From an uncultured Candidatus Peribacteria bacterium (GTDB taxonomy: Bacteria > Patescibacteriota > Gracilibacteria > UBA4473), in NCBI GenBank assembly GCA_964344775.1, contig CAYFOO010000001.1:13087-77086 (forward strand): a stretch of DNA of 64,000 bases, in the 5' to 3' direction. Shown in pieces: positions 1-8,452 of the stretch. The position numbers were made by a program, and so were the translations under genes. The notes beneath the pieces are model-generated. The model searched no databases and had not been told where the DNA came from. It was given only the letters and a program-made list of their open reading frames with translations. Position 1 is the stretch's first letter. Each line of letters opens with the position of its first letter.

Positions 1-203
1 GTGTTTTTGGCCATCATGGGAGCACGAGCAAAGTCCATGGCAGACTCTTCCATTTCCATACGAGCGTAGTTCTTGGATTCCATGATCACCGGACCATCGT
101 CACAAAAAAAGATCCACCATCCAGCTCCCAGGACGATGATGATCAGGAGCAAGTTCTCACGAAACAAGGCATTGGCCGAATGCCAGAGATTTTTGATTTT
201 CAT
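1..203 (-). CDS. hypothetical membrane protein, N-terminal part (gene runs off the window)
   Basis: ATG at 203..201 opens a minus-strand frame that stays open to the window edge (MKIKNLWHSANALFRENLLLIIIVLGAGWWIFF...). It has one hydrophobic helix. It is truncated, so it is absent from the ORF track. Confidence 0.4.
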   Translation of the reverse strand, partial: MKIKNLWHSANALFRENLLLIIIVLGAGWWIFFCDDGPVIMESKNYARMEMEESAMDFARAPMMAKN

Positions 204-237
204 ATTTAGGGGGTTAAAAAATTAGAAGTCTCCCTTG

Positions 238-256
238 CTCCCCTTTATAAGGGGAG
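238..256. repeat. hairpin CTCCCCTT-TAT-AAGGGGAG
   Basis: Same type as TCTCCCCT-GTTA-AGGGGAGA at 28849..28868, which overlaps the tilS stop. Confidence 0.6.
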
Positions 257-428
257 GCACAGTTGATTTACTGGGATAGAGGGGTTTTGGGAGATTTAGA
301 GGGTTTCGAGCACAAACAAAGGTCGTGCAAGAAATCCCCCAACCCCCTTTAACAAAAGGGGGCACTTTCTGAAACCTACGCTTTCAGATGTTTTTTGTCA
401 AAAAAAACTCAAGCCCCCAAAATCGGAA

Positions 429-450
429 GGCGAGGTTTCCCAACCTCGTC
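429..450. repeat. GGCGAGGTTTCCCAACCTCGTC hairpin module
   Basis: Reverse-complement copy, with one mismatch, of 33233..33254. Confidence 0.7.
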
Positions 451-511
451 GAGAAGCAACTCAAAATTTATACCCGGCAAAGATATGGATCTTTGTCTTC
501 CTGGAATAACA

Positions 512-545
512 TAAAAAACAGGCCGAAGAATTATCTCCGACCTGT
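512..545 (-). terminator. intrinsic terminator of 571..864
   Basis: Minus-strand ACAGGUCG ... CGGCCUGU (8 bp including one G-U) followed by UUUUUU. Confidence 0.6.
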
Positions 546-570
546 TTGTGATTTTTTAACTTTTGAATAA

Positions 571-864
571 TTATGCAGCTTTTCCTAGTACATCTATCAT
601 ATCATGAACATCTTCGGAAACGAGTCCTGCTACAGCTAAAACGTCAGGGGCAACTTCAATCATAGTTAATCCTTCAAATCCACTCATTCCATCATCAATG
701 ATATCAGCTAGATCTTCTCCTGGAAAAATTTCTTCCAAAGAAACAAGGCTTCCATCATAGCGAGAAAGAGCAATTCCTTTACTTGAACAAACTTCAGTTT
801 CATCGTTGTGTGCTGTAGCTTTTCTACAACCGTTTTCTACAAAGGGTGCTTTATAAGTTTCCAT
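571..864 (-). CDS. hypothetical small acidic protein
   Basis: 97-aa ORF with no overlapping competitor, followed by a hairpin plus T-run terminator (512..545). No recognisable domain. Confidence 0.5.
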   Translation of the reverse strand: METYKAPFVENGCRKATAHNDETEVCSSKGIALSRYDGSLVSLEEIFPGEDLADIIDDGMSGFEGLTMIEVAPDVLAVAGLVSEDVHDMIDVLGKAA

Positions 865-958
865 TTTTAAAAGGGTTAAAAAATAAAAATGTGATGTATT
901 TATAACTATTTATTAATTTTTGTCAAGCATTTTTCTAAAAAAACAAAAACTGCTCCTA

Positions 959-993
959 TTTTGTTCTCTGTTAGTTGTTCGCTGTTCACTGCA
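959..993. repeat. heptamer array TTTTGTT CTCTGTT AGTTGTT CGCTGTT CACTGCA
   Basis: 5 in-phase 7-mers spanning the aroD stop codon. Confidence 0.75.
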
Positions 994-1648
994 AAACCGG
1001 CTGCCCCTCCGCTGTCCGACTATCTTCATCCAAGGCATAAAACCTCCCCCAGATTTCTTTGATCTGCTCAATTCGCTCTCTCCCCTCCGCTCCATACTTC
1101 CCCATCGTAGTAAAAATCCCCTTTTTGTCAGCCGGAAAGTTTTTGGCAAACCAGACAAATTCTCCTAACTCTTCTTCTGTCTTTGGAGTCACCGCAAATT
1201 TATAAATTTTTGGACTAAATTTTTGTTCACGAACAAAATAATTATTCAAATTTCCAGGCATTCCTTCAAAATCATGATAACTACAAATCAGCTTATCTGA
1301 TGGGATTTTTTGGATGTGTTCTTCAGAGTTCAAGGTTACATCCAGATCTACATAGTGTCCTCCCGCATCTAAAAACTTTTGTAGGATTTCTACTCTCTCC
1401 GTCTCCGTCCCATCAAAATTCCCCTTCTCTGCCGGACATTTACAAACACCGAGGAATTTTAGCTTTTTGGGAATTCTCGCTCGGTAAGACAGTTCATCAA
1501 AAAAATCTTTTAATTTTTCAAAAAAATCTGGTTCTTTGTGGGCTTCATCCAACCAAACCTCAATCACATCGGCTCGATAATTTACCTGCTCTACAAGCCT
1601 TTTTAACCGTTCAAATGTTTTTGTTTTGATCGGAGTAATTATTTTCAT
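986..1648 (-). CDS. aroD: 3-dehydroquinate dehydratase, type I
   Basis: 220 aa with type I dehydroquinase-like blocks: ADVIEVWLD, SYHDFEGMP and TMGKYGAEGR. The stop codon lies inside a heptamer array. Confidence 0.7.
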   Translation of the reverse strand: MKIITPIKTKTFERLKRLVEQVNYRADVIEVWLDEAHKEPDFFEKLKDFFDELSYRARIPKKLKFLGVCKCPAEKGNFDGTETERVEILQKFLDAGGHYVDLDVTLNSEEHIQKIPSDKLICSYHDFEGMPGNLNNYFVREQKFSPKIYKFAVTPKTEEELGEFVWFAKNFPADKKGIFTTMGKYGAEGRERIEQIKEIWGRFYALDEDSRTAEGQPVLQ

Positions 1649-1699
1649 TTCGTTTTTAAAAATTTAATTCTTGTAATTTCTGAGCTTTGAGCTACTCAA

Positions 1700-2119
1700 C
1701 TATCTATCCAAAGCCGTAAGTATATCTCTTTTGTGTTCCTCCTCTTGCATGAGAATATCTTCAAGCACTCTCCGAAGCCCATATTCTCCCAGCTCTTCTG
1801 CTTGTTTGATGAGGGCTTTGTACATAGTTATCGCCAAATCCTCTCCTGCCAGATCTTGTTCGAGCATCGTCACCGCATCTTCGGCAATATCTCGTTTTTC
1901 CACATCAATCGAAGGGGTCCCTCCGAGAAAAGCTATTTGTTCTGCCACTGCTACCGCATGCTGAAGCTCTTCTTGAGAGTGCACGACAAGTTCTTTTGCA
2001 ATTCCATCATACTGTGGTCCGGTCATCACGGCCGCATGCTGCACATATTGCACCGCTGCCGCATACTCCCATTCGAGAGCTTTATTGAGGCCGGCGATGA
2101 GTTGATCTTTGTTGGTCAT
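1700..2119 (-). CDS. ferritin/bacterioferritin-like four-helix di-iron protein
   Basis: 139 aa with paired E / ExxH-type ligand blocks: EWEYAAAVQY, SQEELQHAV, EDLAITMY and QEEEHKRD. Confidence 0.65.
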   Translation of the reverse strand: MTNKDQLIAGLNKALEWEYAAAVQYVQHAAVMTGPQYDGIAKELVVHSQEELQHAVAVAEQIAFLGGTPSIDVEKRDIAEDAVTMLEQDLAGEDLAITMYKALIKQAEELGEYGLRRVLEDILMQEEEHKRDILTALDR

Positions 2120-2195
2120 TTTTTGTGATTAAAAAGTACACACCTAGAATTACAAATTAACAATAAAGAATCAAGAAAAATCACTAAATATTTTT

Positions 2196-2804
2196 TCATT
2201 CTACATTCCGCATTCCGAGTTCCGCGTTTAAAAAATTTTCCATTTCCCTCGCTGCTTTCCCCCGATGCGACACCGCATTTTTTTCAAATTTCGTCATCGC
2301 CGAATAAACCTGATCTGATCCTTCTGGCACAAAAACCGCCGAAACCGGAATCCCTGGCTCCATCTCTGTAGCCAAATCCTCCAAAATCACTCCCGAAGTA
2401 GTTCCCAACACCACATTTTCAATATTTCGTACGGGATCAAAAAAAGCCATCGCAGAATAAAAGGTTGCTCGACGGTTTTCGACGCCATCCATGAGATTCA
2501 TAAATTTTTCCAGCCATTCTTCATCCGTACCAGAAGGAATCTCTCGCCGCGTCCGGAGTCCAAACTTCTCCGGAAAGGCCTCCAGAATAATACCAGAATC
2601 CTCCCCCAGCGTAGGCACCTGAAATTGGCGACCAAAATACTGAGCTTTCAAAAGTGCATTTGCTTCAAAAGTCATACCATCCTCCTCCACATCTGGAACA
2701 GAGGGAAAATCAGAAAGCAGTAAAAACTCAAAATCATCCCCAAAAAATTCCAGCATTTCTTGAGCCTTCCCTGTGTTTCCAGTAGCGAGAAGTATTTTTT
2801 TCAT
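2196..2804 (-). CDS. rdgB: non-canonical purine NTP pyrophosphatase (RdgB/Ham1 family)
   Basis: N-terminal LLATGNTGKAQEM motif and SHRGKA near the C-terminus. The last ~11 codons (NAELGMRNVE) are encoded by the heptamer array 2197..2231. Confidence 0.85.
   Translation of the reverse strand: MKKILLATGNTGKAQEMLEFFGDDFEFLLLSDFPSVPDVEEDGMTFEANALLKAQYFGRQFQVPTLGEDSGIILEAFPEKFGLRTRREIPSGTDEEWLEKFMNLMDGVENRRATFYSAMAFFDPVRNIENVVLGTTSGVILEDLATEMEPGIPVSAVFVPEGSDQVYSAMTKFEKNAVSHRGKAAREMENFLNAELGMRNVE
2197..2231. repeat. heptamer array CATTCTA CATTCCG CATTCCG AGTTCCG CGTTTAA
   Basis: Same family as 15360..15387, 15812..15839 and 42526..42560. This copy encodes the RdgB C-terminus. Confidence 0.75.
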
Positions 2805-3002
2805 AATTTTTTTGAAAAATTTTTAATTTTGTAATTTTTAATTTTATAAATAATTTTTTAAATCTTAATTTTTAAAGAAGAGTTTTAATTTAAATTTGTT
2901 TAGAATTTAAAAATTAGAGTTTATTTGACCATCGCCATTTGGCGAGGTTAGTCCGCCTCAAAGAGAGCGGTAGTAAAAATTTGTGCTTAAAAATTAAAAA
3001 TT
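2805..3002. repeat. AT-only composite heptamer repeat, copy A (contains a GC-module insertion)
   Basis: Shares an exact 38-mer (2816..2853 = 38095..38132) with copy B. Shares an exact 29-mer (2974..3002 = 36974..37002) with copy C. Confidence 0.8.
2927..2974. mobile_element. 48-nt GC-rich two-hairpin module inserted into AT-rich repeat copy A
   Basis: Copy C reads ...AAAAATTAGAAATTATTT|AAAAATTTGTGCTT... uninterrupted. Copy A has GACCATCGCCATTTGGCGAGGTTAGTCCGCCTCAAAGAGAGCGGTAGT at that junction. A sibling lies at 58617..58661. Confidence 0.6.
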
Positions 3003-3308
3003 CAACCCTTTTGATTTCTTGATACTTTGATCCTCTTTAAATATGAACTTCAGAGTTCGCCTCGATTCCACTTCTTTAGCCAACTCATGACTAATTTTAC
3101 CAGATACTCCATTGAGTTTATCAAGCCATCCTTTTTTTGCTCCGATGGAAGAAAGAAAAATATGTCCCCACTCTAGATCTCCAGAGATTTCCACTGCCGT
3201 TATCGTCAAAAATCCAATCTCGTCTGGAGATAAAAACTGCTGAATAATCGGACCAATCTTTTCCTGAACCACGCCGGCTAGTTTTTGACTGCGAGGAGAG
3301 ATTTTCAT
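2994..3308 (-). CDS. rbfA: ribosome-binding factor A
   Basis: 104 aa, RbfA-like (SQKLAGVVQEKIGPIIQ, LTITAVEISGDLEWGHIFLS). Its start forms an ATGA overlap with the stop of the upstream toxin gene. Confidence 0.8.
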   Translation of the reverse strand: MKISPRSQKLAGVVQEKIGPIIQQFLSPDEIGFLTITAVEISGDLEWGHIFLSSIGAKKGWLDKLNGVSGKISHELAKEVESRRTLKFIFKEDQSIKKSKGLNF

Positions 3309-3550
3309 CGCAATCCCTTATACGTTTTCTCACCTCTTTTGGCTACCTTTTTTACAAAAATCTTATTATTTTTAAGTGCAAAAATAACACGATAATCCCC
3401 TTTTCTTACTCGATACAAATCGTCCTTGCCTGTAATTTTTTTCACTTCCAGAGTTTTTAAATTCTCTGGTGTTATTTCCTTCAAAAAAGCCAAAATATTT
3501 TCTCGTTCTTTTTTGGATATTTTTCGCAATAACTTTTCCAAGTCATTCAT
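3305..3550 (-). CDS. RelE/ParE-family toxin (type II TA)
   Basis: 81 aa with the signature LYRVRKGDYRVIF. ATGA overlaps with the antitoxin gene upstream and with rbfA downstream. Confidence 0.65.
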   Translation of the reverse strand: MNDLEKLLRKISKKERENILAFLKEITPENLKTLEVKKITGKDDLYRVRKGDYRVIFALKNNKIFVKKVAKRGEKTYKGLR

Positions 3551-3774
3551 TTGAGTGAATTTTCCAAAGCCGCAACAAAATCATCAATTTTCACCCCTTT
3601 CCCGGCATTAAATTCATCTGCATCAAATATCACTTCTTCATTTTGCACAGGTTCTAAAACTATTTTTTCTCCTTCTTCATGGGCGAAATACATTTTTGCC
3701 TTCCTTTTTTCACGCCATTTTTTGGGGATTGTCACCTGCCCTGTCCCAAAAATTTTTAAAACTGTTGAACTCAT
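3547..3774 (-). CDS. AbrB/MazE/SpoVT-type antitoxin
   Basis: Start moved to ATG 3774. MSSTVLKIFGTGQVTIPKKWRE is the swapped-hairpin DNA-binding motif. The ORF-track start at 3855 adds only an AT-rich, non-protein-like leader. Confidence 0.6.
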   Translation of the reverse strand: MSSTVLKIFGTGQVTIPKKWREKRKAKMYFAHEEGEKIVLEPVQNEEVIFDADEFNAGKGVKIDDFVAALENSLK

Positions 3775-3884
3775 ATTTATATAATTTGTAAATTTATATA
3801 AATTATATAGTATAAAGTATTCTCCGTCAAGACATTTTTCCTCAAAAATTGACACTCATCCCACTTCCCGCCATAATTTAAACA

Positions 3885-4277
3885 ATGCTGAGATGGATCG
3901 TCTACATCCTCGCCCTGATTTCTGCCAATGCAGCGATTTTTTATTTTCTTGCCACCGAACTTTTTCCGGCTGAATTTGTAGTGCATGGCGGCATAAAAGG
4001 CTATCTCATTATCGCTGCCATCTTCAGTGCAATCAACACTTTTATCAAACCAATCCTCAAAATTATTACCCTCCCAATTCGTTTTTTTACGCTCGGAGCC
4101 TTTTCTTTGGTTTTGAACGGAGTAGTTCTCTGGATGATGGAAGCAAGTGTCAATTTCCTCGAACTAGAAGGCGTAGAAACACAAATCGAAGGCTGGATTA
4201 TCTACCTCGGTGCCGGATTGATTTTAGCTATTTTCAATACGGTACTTCATTGGTTCATCAGCCCTATCAGGGATTAA
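3885..4277 (+). CDS. small integral membrane protein, DUF360 / holin-family-4-like
   Basis: 130 aa with 4 hydrophobic helices. The block IKPILKIITLPIRFFTLGAFSLVLNGVVLWM is typical of the YvlD/DUF360 family. Confidence 0.55.
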   Translation: MLRWIVYILALISANAAIFYFLATELFPAEFVVHGGIKGYLIIAAIFSAINTFIKPILKIITLPIRFFTLGAFSLVLNGVVLWMMEASVNFLELEGVETQIEGWIIYLGAGLILAIFNTVLHWFISPIRD

Positions 4278-4299
4278 TCAAAAAACTAACAATGGTGTC

Positions 4300-5238
4300 A
4301 TGAGCACTTACAAAAAAGGAATAATCGCTTGCCTGATCTCTATGTTTTTTCTTTCCACTTATTCTATTTTTGGAAAGATTTTATTATCAAACTTCACTCC
4401 AAAAATTCTAATTGTTTTTTCTCAAGCAACCTCTACGATCATACTACTATTTTTCTTAGGATTTTTTCCAGAAGCAAAAAGAATATATCGTCTACCAAAA
4501 AAAGATCTTTTTATACTGATAATAGTGGCCATCCTCTCGGCTGTTATCTTTCCTTTGTTAGTTTTAAAAGGGTTAAAAATAACAAGTGCTACTAATTTTA
4601 TCATCATAGGACGGCTAGAGCCTGTTTTGGCAGGAGTTATCTCCTTCCTCTGGCTCAAAGAAAAAACTTCGCTTCATCAAATCCTCGGTGTTATTTTTAT
4701 GATGTTTGGTATATTTTTTATTGTCACAAAGGGAGACTTTTCTACACCCAACCTTGATGCTGGAAGTTTATTTATCATGGGTGGTGCCACAGCAGGAGCT
4801 TTTTCGACTAATATTTTTAAAAAATACCTCTCTCATATTTTACCAGAATTAGTGGTTTTACTAAGAAATTTGGTCGGAGCAATTGTGCTTTTTGCCGTAA
4901 TTTCCTTCTTATTTAGCACAAAGTATGACACTACGCTTTTGTTCGAAAAACAAGTGCTCATTCCTCTTCTTCTTTTTGCGGTGTTCACCATGATCTTCGC
5001 ACAGTTCTTTTGGTATAAGGCATTGGAACTAATCCCTGCTCATACAGCCGCTTCTTTGGCCCTGTCCCCCATCTTTTTTGGAGTAATTTTAGCCATTATT
5101 ATTCTGAAAGAAGAAATTTATAGTTATCACCTCCTGGGAGGAGCTTTTGTGATCGTAGGATTAATCTTCACTATCTTTCACCAAAAAGAACATCCAAAAC
5201 ATCATTTGTTGGAAAAAGTGAAACATTGGTTCCACTAA
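4300..5238 (+). CDS. EamA/DMT-family transporter
   Basis: 312 aa with about ten hydrophobic helices in two similar halves, the usual EamA architecture. Confidence 0.7.
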   Translation: MSTYKKGIIACLISMFFLSTYSIFGKILLSNFTPKILIVFSQATSTIILLFFLGFFPEAKRIYRLPKKDLFILIIVAILSAVIFPLLVLKGLKITSATNFIIIGRLEPVLAGVISFLWLKEKTSLHQILGVIFMMFGIFFIVTKGDFSTPNLDAGSLFIMGGATAGAFSTNIFKKYLSHILPELVVLLRNLVGAIVLFAVISFLFSTKYDTTLLFEKQVLIPLLLFAVFTMIFAQFFWYKALELIPAHTAASLALSPIFFGVILAIIILKEEIYSYHLLGGAFVIVGLIFTIFHQKEHPKHHLLEKVKHWFH

Positions 5239-5254
5239 AAAAGCCTTAAAAAGT

Positions 5255-5283
5255 TTGATTTAGAGGGGTTTTTTTGGTATAAT
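5255..5283 (+). promoter_or_regulatory. sigma70-like promoter TTGATT-17-TATAAT (TG-extended)
   Basis: Counted spacing is 17 nt. It lies 21 nt upstream of the ATG at 5304. Confidence 0.5.
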
Positions 5284-5303
5284 AAAGGGATAGTTATAAA
5301 AAA

Positions 5304-5954
5304 ATGGATAAAAATTCATTCAAAAAAATCTACCAAAAGGAAAAATTGCAGCTGCATGTGAGGAATTCTGATGCCAGAAGTTTCTACATCATCTCTGTTT
5401 CTAGCTTTGTAGGGTTGGCTATTGCCATCGCCTGGACGGACCTCGTTTCTCTGTTTTTTGATGTACTCAAAGAAGATTTTCCAGTCCTCTCTCTCTTCGG
5501 AGGATTGATTGCCTCTGTAATCGTCACAGCAGTAGCTCTTTTGATCGGACTGATCCTCGTAAATCGTCTCGAAACGGACCTCCAAAAAGCCGAGAAAATG
5601 GTGGATGGAGCAGAATTCTGGCGGGCCATTTACTTCGATGCAGACAATAACTTCTTTGGAAAAATCAGATATTTCACACTGGCAGATCTAGAAAAAAGAG
5701 TACTCAAAAGAGTGGTCATCAATAAACTCAAAAAAGACGGCCAGGATGTGGAACTCGATATCGATAGTGAAGACGGCATAGAAAAAGTACTCCTCTCTCC
5801 GGTGCCAAAATCAGAATATGAAAAAGAAATAGAAACTCCGATGCAAGAACAGGAAGAACTAAAAGAAGACATGCTCCCAAAAAACAAACTTTTTTTTCAG
5901 CCAAAATTAGCTACGGAACCTGCCGAAATTCCTAATGAAGAAGGCGAAAAATAA
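5304..5954 (+). CDS. hypothetical membrane protein with acidic tail
   Basis: 216 aa, two adjacent TM helices then a charged C-terminal half. Preceded by a TTGATT-17-TATAAT promoter. Confidence 0.55.
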   Translation: MDKNSFKKIYQKEKLQLHVRNSDARSFYIISVSSFVGLAIAIAWTDLVSLFFDVLKEDFPVLSLFGGLIASVIVTAVALLIGLILVNRLETDLQKAEKMVDGAEFWRAIYFDADNNFFGKIRYFTLADLEKRVLKRVVINKLKKDGQDVELDIDSEDGIEKVLLSPVPKSEYEKEIETPMQEQEELKEDMLPKNKLFFQPKLATEPAEIPNEEGEK

Positions 5955-5994
5955 AAATTCATTTTTAAATCCAAAACTTTAAGATTTGAGCTGT

Positions 5995-7419
5995 TTAGCT
6001 CGCATTCTCACGCTTCAACACCACCAAAACACTCTTTACAAAAATCACCGTATCGAGCCACAAACTCCAATTTTTGAGGTAAAAAAGTTCGTATTTCATT
6101 TCTTCGGTATAGCTCAGGCTGGATCGTCCTTTTATCTGAGAAAAACCGGTTATCCCTGGTTTTATGGAAAGAATTCGACGATCACTAGCTCTATATCTCC
6201 TCACTTCTTCGGGTAAATGTGGCCGAGGACCAATCAAACTCATTTCTCCACGAAGCACGTTGAAAAGCTGCGGCAACTCATCCAAGGACCATTTCCGTAA
6301 AAAATCTCCAAGCGGTGTGATCCGAGGATCCTTTTCTAGTTTGAAAAACACCCCACCTTTTCGTTCATTTTTTTGTATGAGTTCTTTTTTCATACTTTCA
6401 GCCTCCGGCACCATCGTACGAAATTTGAAACAATAAAAAAGCTTCCCATCCTTCCCTACCCGACGAGAGCGAAAAAGTACCGGGGCTTTGCGATTAGAAA
6501 TCCAAATCTCAAAAGCAATGGCCAAAAGAATGGGGGAAATACAAATCAAAGCCACACTTGCCAAAACATAATCAAAAACAGCTTTCAAAATAACTCGCCA
6601 CCCCTGCATCTGCGTATTGTGCAACATGAGCACCGGCCAGTTATTGAGGGTGGAAACTTCTACCGCTGCCAGATCTAATCCCAACTCATCCGGAATGAGA
6701 TGAAATTTCACATTGGCAATGTGGGCAATCTGAACTAGTTTTTCCGTAGTTTTTTCCGAAGGATTTTCTGTTACGAGTAATATTTCTTCTACGGAAAAAT
6801 CTTGAAGAATTTTTTCTAGGTCAGCGAAACTCCCCAAGATCTCTACCCCACGAAAGTTCTTTATTTTGGATTCTTCCTCGGTCAGAAGTCCTACTATCTG
6901 AAAATTCACAGAATTTTTGAGATGCTCCAAAACACCTTCTGAAATTTTCCCAGTTCCAAGTACGAGAACTTTCCGACGGCCAATCCCATAATTTCGAAGA
7001 CCCCAACGGATAATTCTCAGCCCCAAACGTCCAATAAAAACAAAAGAAATCGCCGCTACCCACGCTCCTCCGAAGATAAATCGGGAAAAGAAGGTAAATT
7101 TTTCGAAAAAGAAAAACACCAAAATCAATGCCATTCCCGCAGAAAGTGCCCACAAGAGGTGAAATAGCTCATCCATTATTTTTTCATCCGCACCGAGCTT
7201 GTACCGCCCATCAATTCCAAGGACGAAAACTAAAAACAAAGTAATCTTGAGGGCCCAAGCCAAAAAAAGCTGAAAAGAAAAAACGGACACCGGCATTTCT
7301 AAACCAAAAGCATCAAACCACACCATTCGGATCAAATAAACCAGGATGAGTGAAAAAAAGATCATCACCGCGTCACTCAAAATCCGACACAAGGAAAAAA
7401 GAATTTCCGATTTTTTCAT
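5995..7419 (-). CDS. polyprenyl-phosphate hexose-1-phosphate transferase (WbaP/CpsE-type bacterial sugar transferase)
   Basis: N-terminal TM helices plus a C-terminal sugar-transferase domain with FYCFKFRTM and DELPQLFNVLRGEMSLIGPRP. Confidence 0.85.
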   Translation of the reverse strand: MKKSEILFSLCRILSDAVMIFFSLILVYLIRMVWFDAFGLEMPVSVFSFQLFLAWALKITLFLVFVLGIDGRYKLGADEKIMDELFHLLWALSAGMALILVFFFFEKFTFFSRFIFGGAWVAAISFVFIGRLGLRIIRWGLRNYGIGRRKVLVLGTGKISEGVLEHLKNSVNFQIVGLLTEEESKIKNFRGVEILGSFADLEKILQDFSVEEILLVTENPSEKTTEKLVQIAHIANVKFHLIPDELGLDLAAVEVSTLNNWPVLMLHNTQMQGWRVILKAVFDYVLASVALICISPILLAIAFEIWISNRKAPVLFRSRRVGKDGKLFYCFKFRTMVPEAESMKKELIQKNERKGGVFFKLEKDPRITPLGDFLRKWSLDELPQLFNVLRGEMSLIGPRPHLPEEVRRYRASDRRILSIKPGITGFSQIKGRSSLSYTEEMKYELFYLKNWSLWLDTVIFVKSVLVVLKRENAS

Positions 7420-7523
7420 CTAGGGCATCCTAGCAGAATTTCAGAAAAATTGTAAAATCTATCTTTGGCGAATTGACTTTTTGGTATTATTTACTATTTT
7501 AAAATAACTAAAAATTGGGGAAA

Positions 7524-8435
7524 ATGGTTGAATCTGAAGTTTTTGACTGGGGGAATATTGATTTGGACAGAGTCGATCAAGTAACTTCATGGCCAGAAAA
7601 AGCTATTGGCTCTGAAAAACCGCTCGTAGAAGAATCGGAACTTCCCTATTCCAATACTTTTGAGGTCCCAAATTATAATTTAGAATTTGTAGAACAAAAA
7701 TTTCGGCAAGAAGTTATCGTACGAACAAATCTTTTATACACTCAACAAGAAGTTGACTGGATTCTTCAGATTCTCGAAATTGCAAAAGAAAGGCATATTA
7801 ATGGGGAAAGAAAAGAAACTGATAAGAATGGAGTTCCACTCCCTTACGTAATTCATCCTATTGAAACAGCCCTTGATGCTGTACTTGCAGGAGAAGATGC
7901 GGTTGAAGTTTGTATTTGTCTCCTGCACGATACCCGGGAAGACACAGACTTACAAGATTGGCAGTATTTAGTACTTCAAGATAGATTTAAAGGGGGACAT
8001 GATGATGAAGGCCACACAAGAAGAAACGGAATTAGAGTAGAAAAAGGAACCTACTGGCTCACAAATGTAACCCTCGGTGAACCAGATGGAAAAAATGGTG
8101 GTTTCCTCGATCGAGGAGAAAAATTAGATGATGAAAAATACATAGCAAAATCGGAAGAAGCTATAACAGAAGGAGAATTTGGAGTGGTACGTGCAAAAGG
8201 TCGTGATGTAAAAGCAAATCTACTTTCTTTTGGAAGGCTGGTAGAAAATCTGGATCAAGAAATGGCTGATCGAATTACAAGATATATGGTTGGAGCTCAA
8301 ACGAAAATTTTACCACTTTTGGAAAAACTAGAAAACGATTATAGAGCTAAACAATTAGTTATAGAGATAAAAGAAATTTTAAAAAAACTAGAAACACGTT
8401 TGAAAGTAGCTATCTTGTTGTCAGAAAATTTTTAA
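7524..8435 (+). CDS. HD-domain protein, RelA/SpoT-type (p)ppGpp-hydrolase-like
   Basis: Start set to the first ATG (7524); the track uses TTG at 7515. HD motif context: PYVIHPIETA ... CICLLHDTREDT. Confidence 0.6.
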   Translation: MVESEVFDWGNIDLDRVDQVTSWPEKAIGSEKPLVEESELPYSNTFEVPNYNLEFVEQKFRQEVIVRTNLLYTQQEVDWILQILEIAKERHINGERKETDKNGVPLPYVIHPIETALDAVLAGEDAVEVCICLLHDTREDTDLQDWQYLVLQDRFKGGHDDEGHTRRNGIRVEKGTYWLTNVTLGEPDGKNGGFLDRGEKLDDEKYIAKSEEAITEGEFGVVRAKGRDVKANLLSFGRLVENLDQEMADRITRYMVGAQTKILPLLEKLENDYRAKQLVIEIKEILKKLETRLKVAILLSENF

Positions 8436-8452
8436 ATCTTAAACTTTTAGCA

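Noticed and set aside
388-570. 60-aa ORF in the first spacer
   Set aside because: It is translated straight through hairpin repeat modules (429-450) and the terminator of the neighbouring gene. Its composition is basic and low-complexity.
3885-4277. Prophage lysis cassette suggested by the holin-family-4-like membrane protein next to a TA pair
   Set aside because: No endolysin, terminase, capsid or integrase genes are present. The DUF360 family is widespread as a chromosomal membrane protein.
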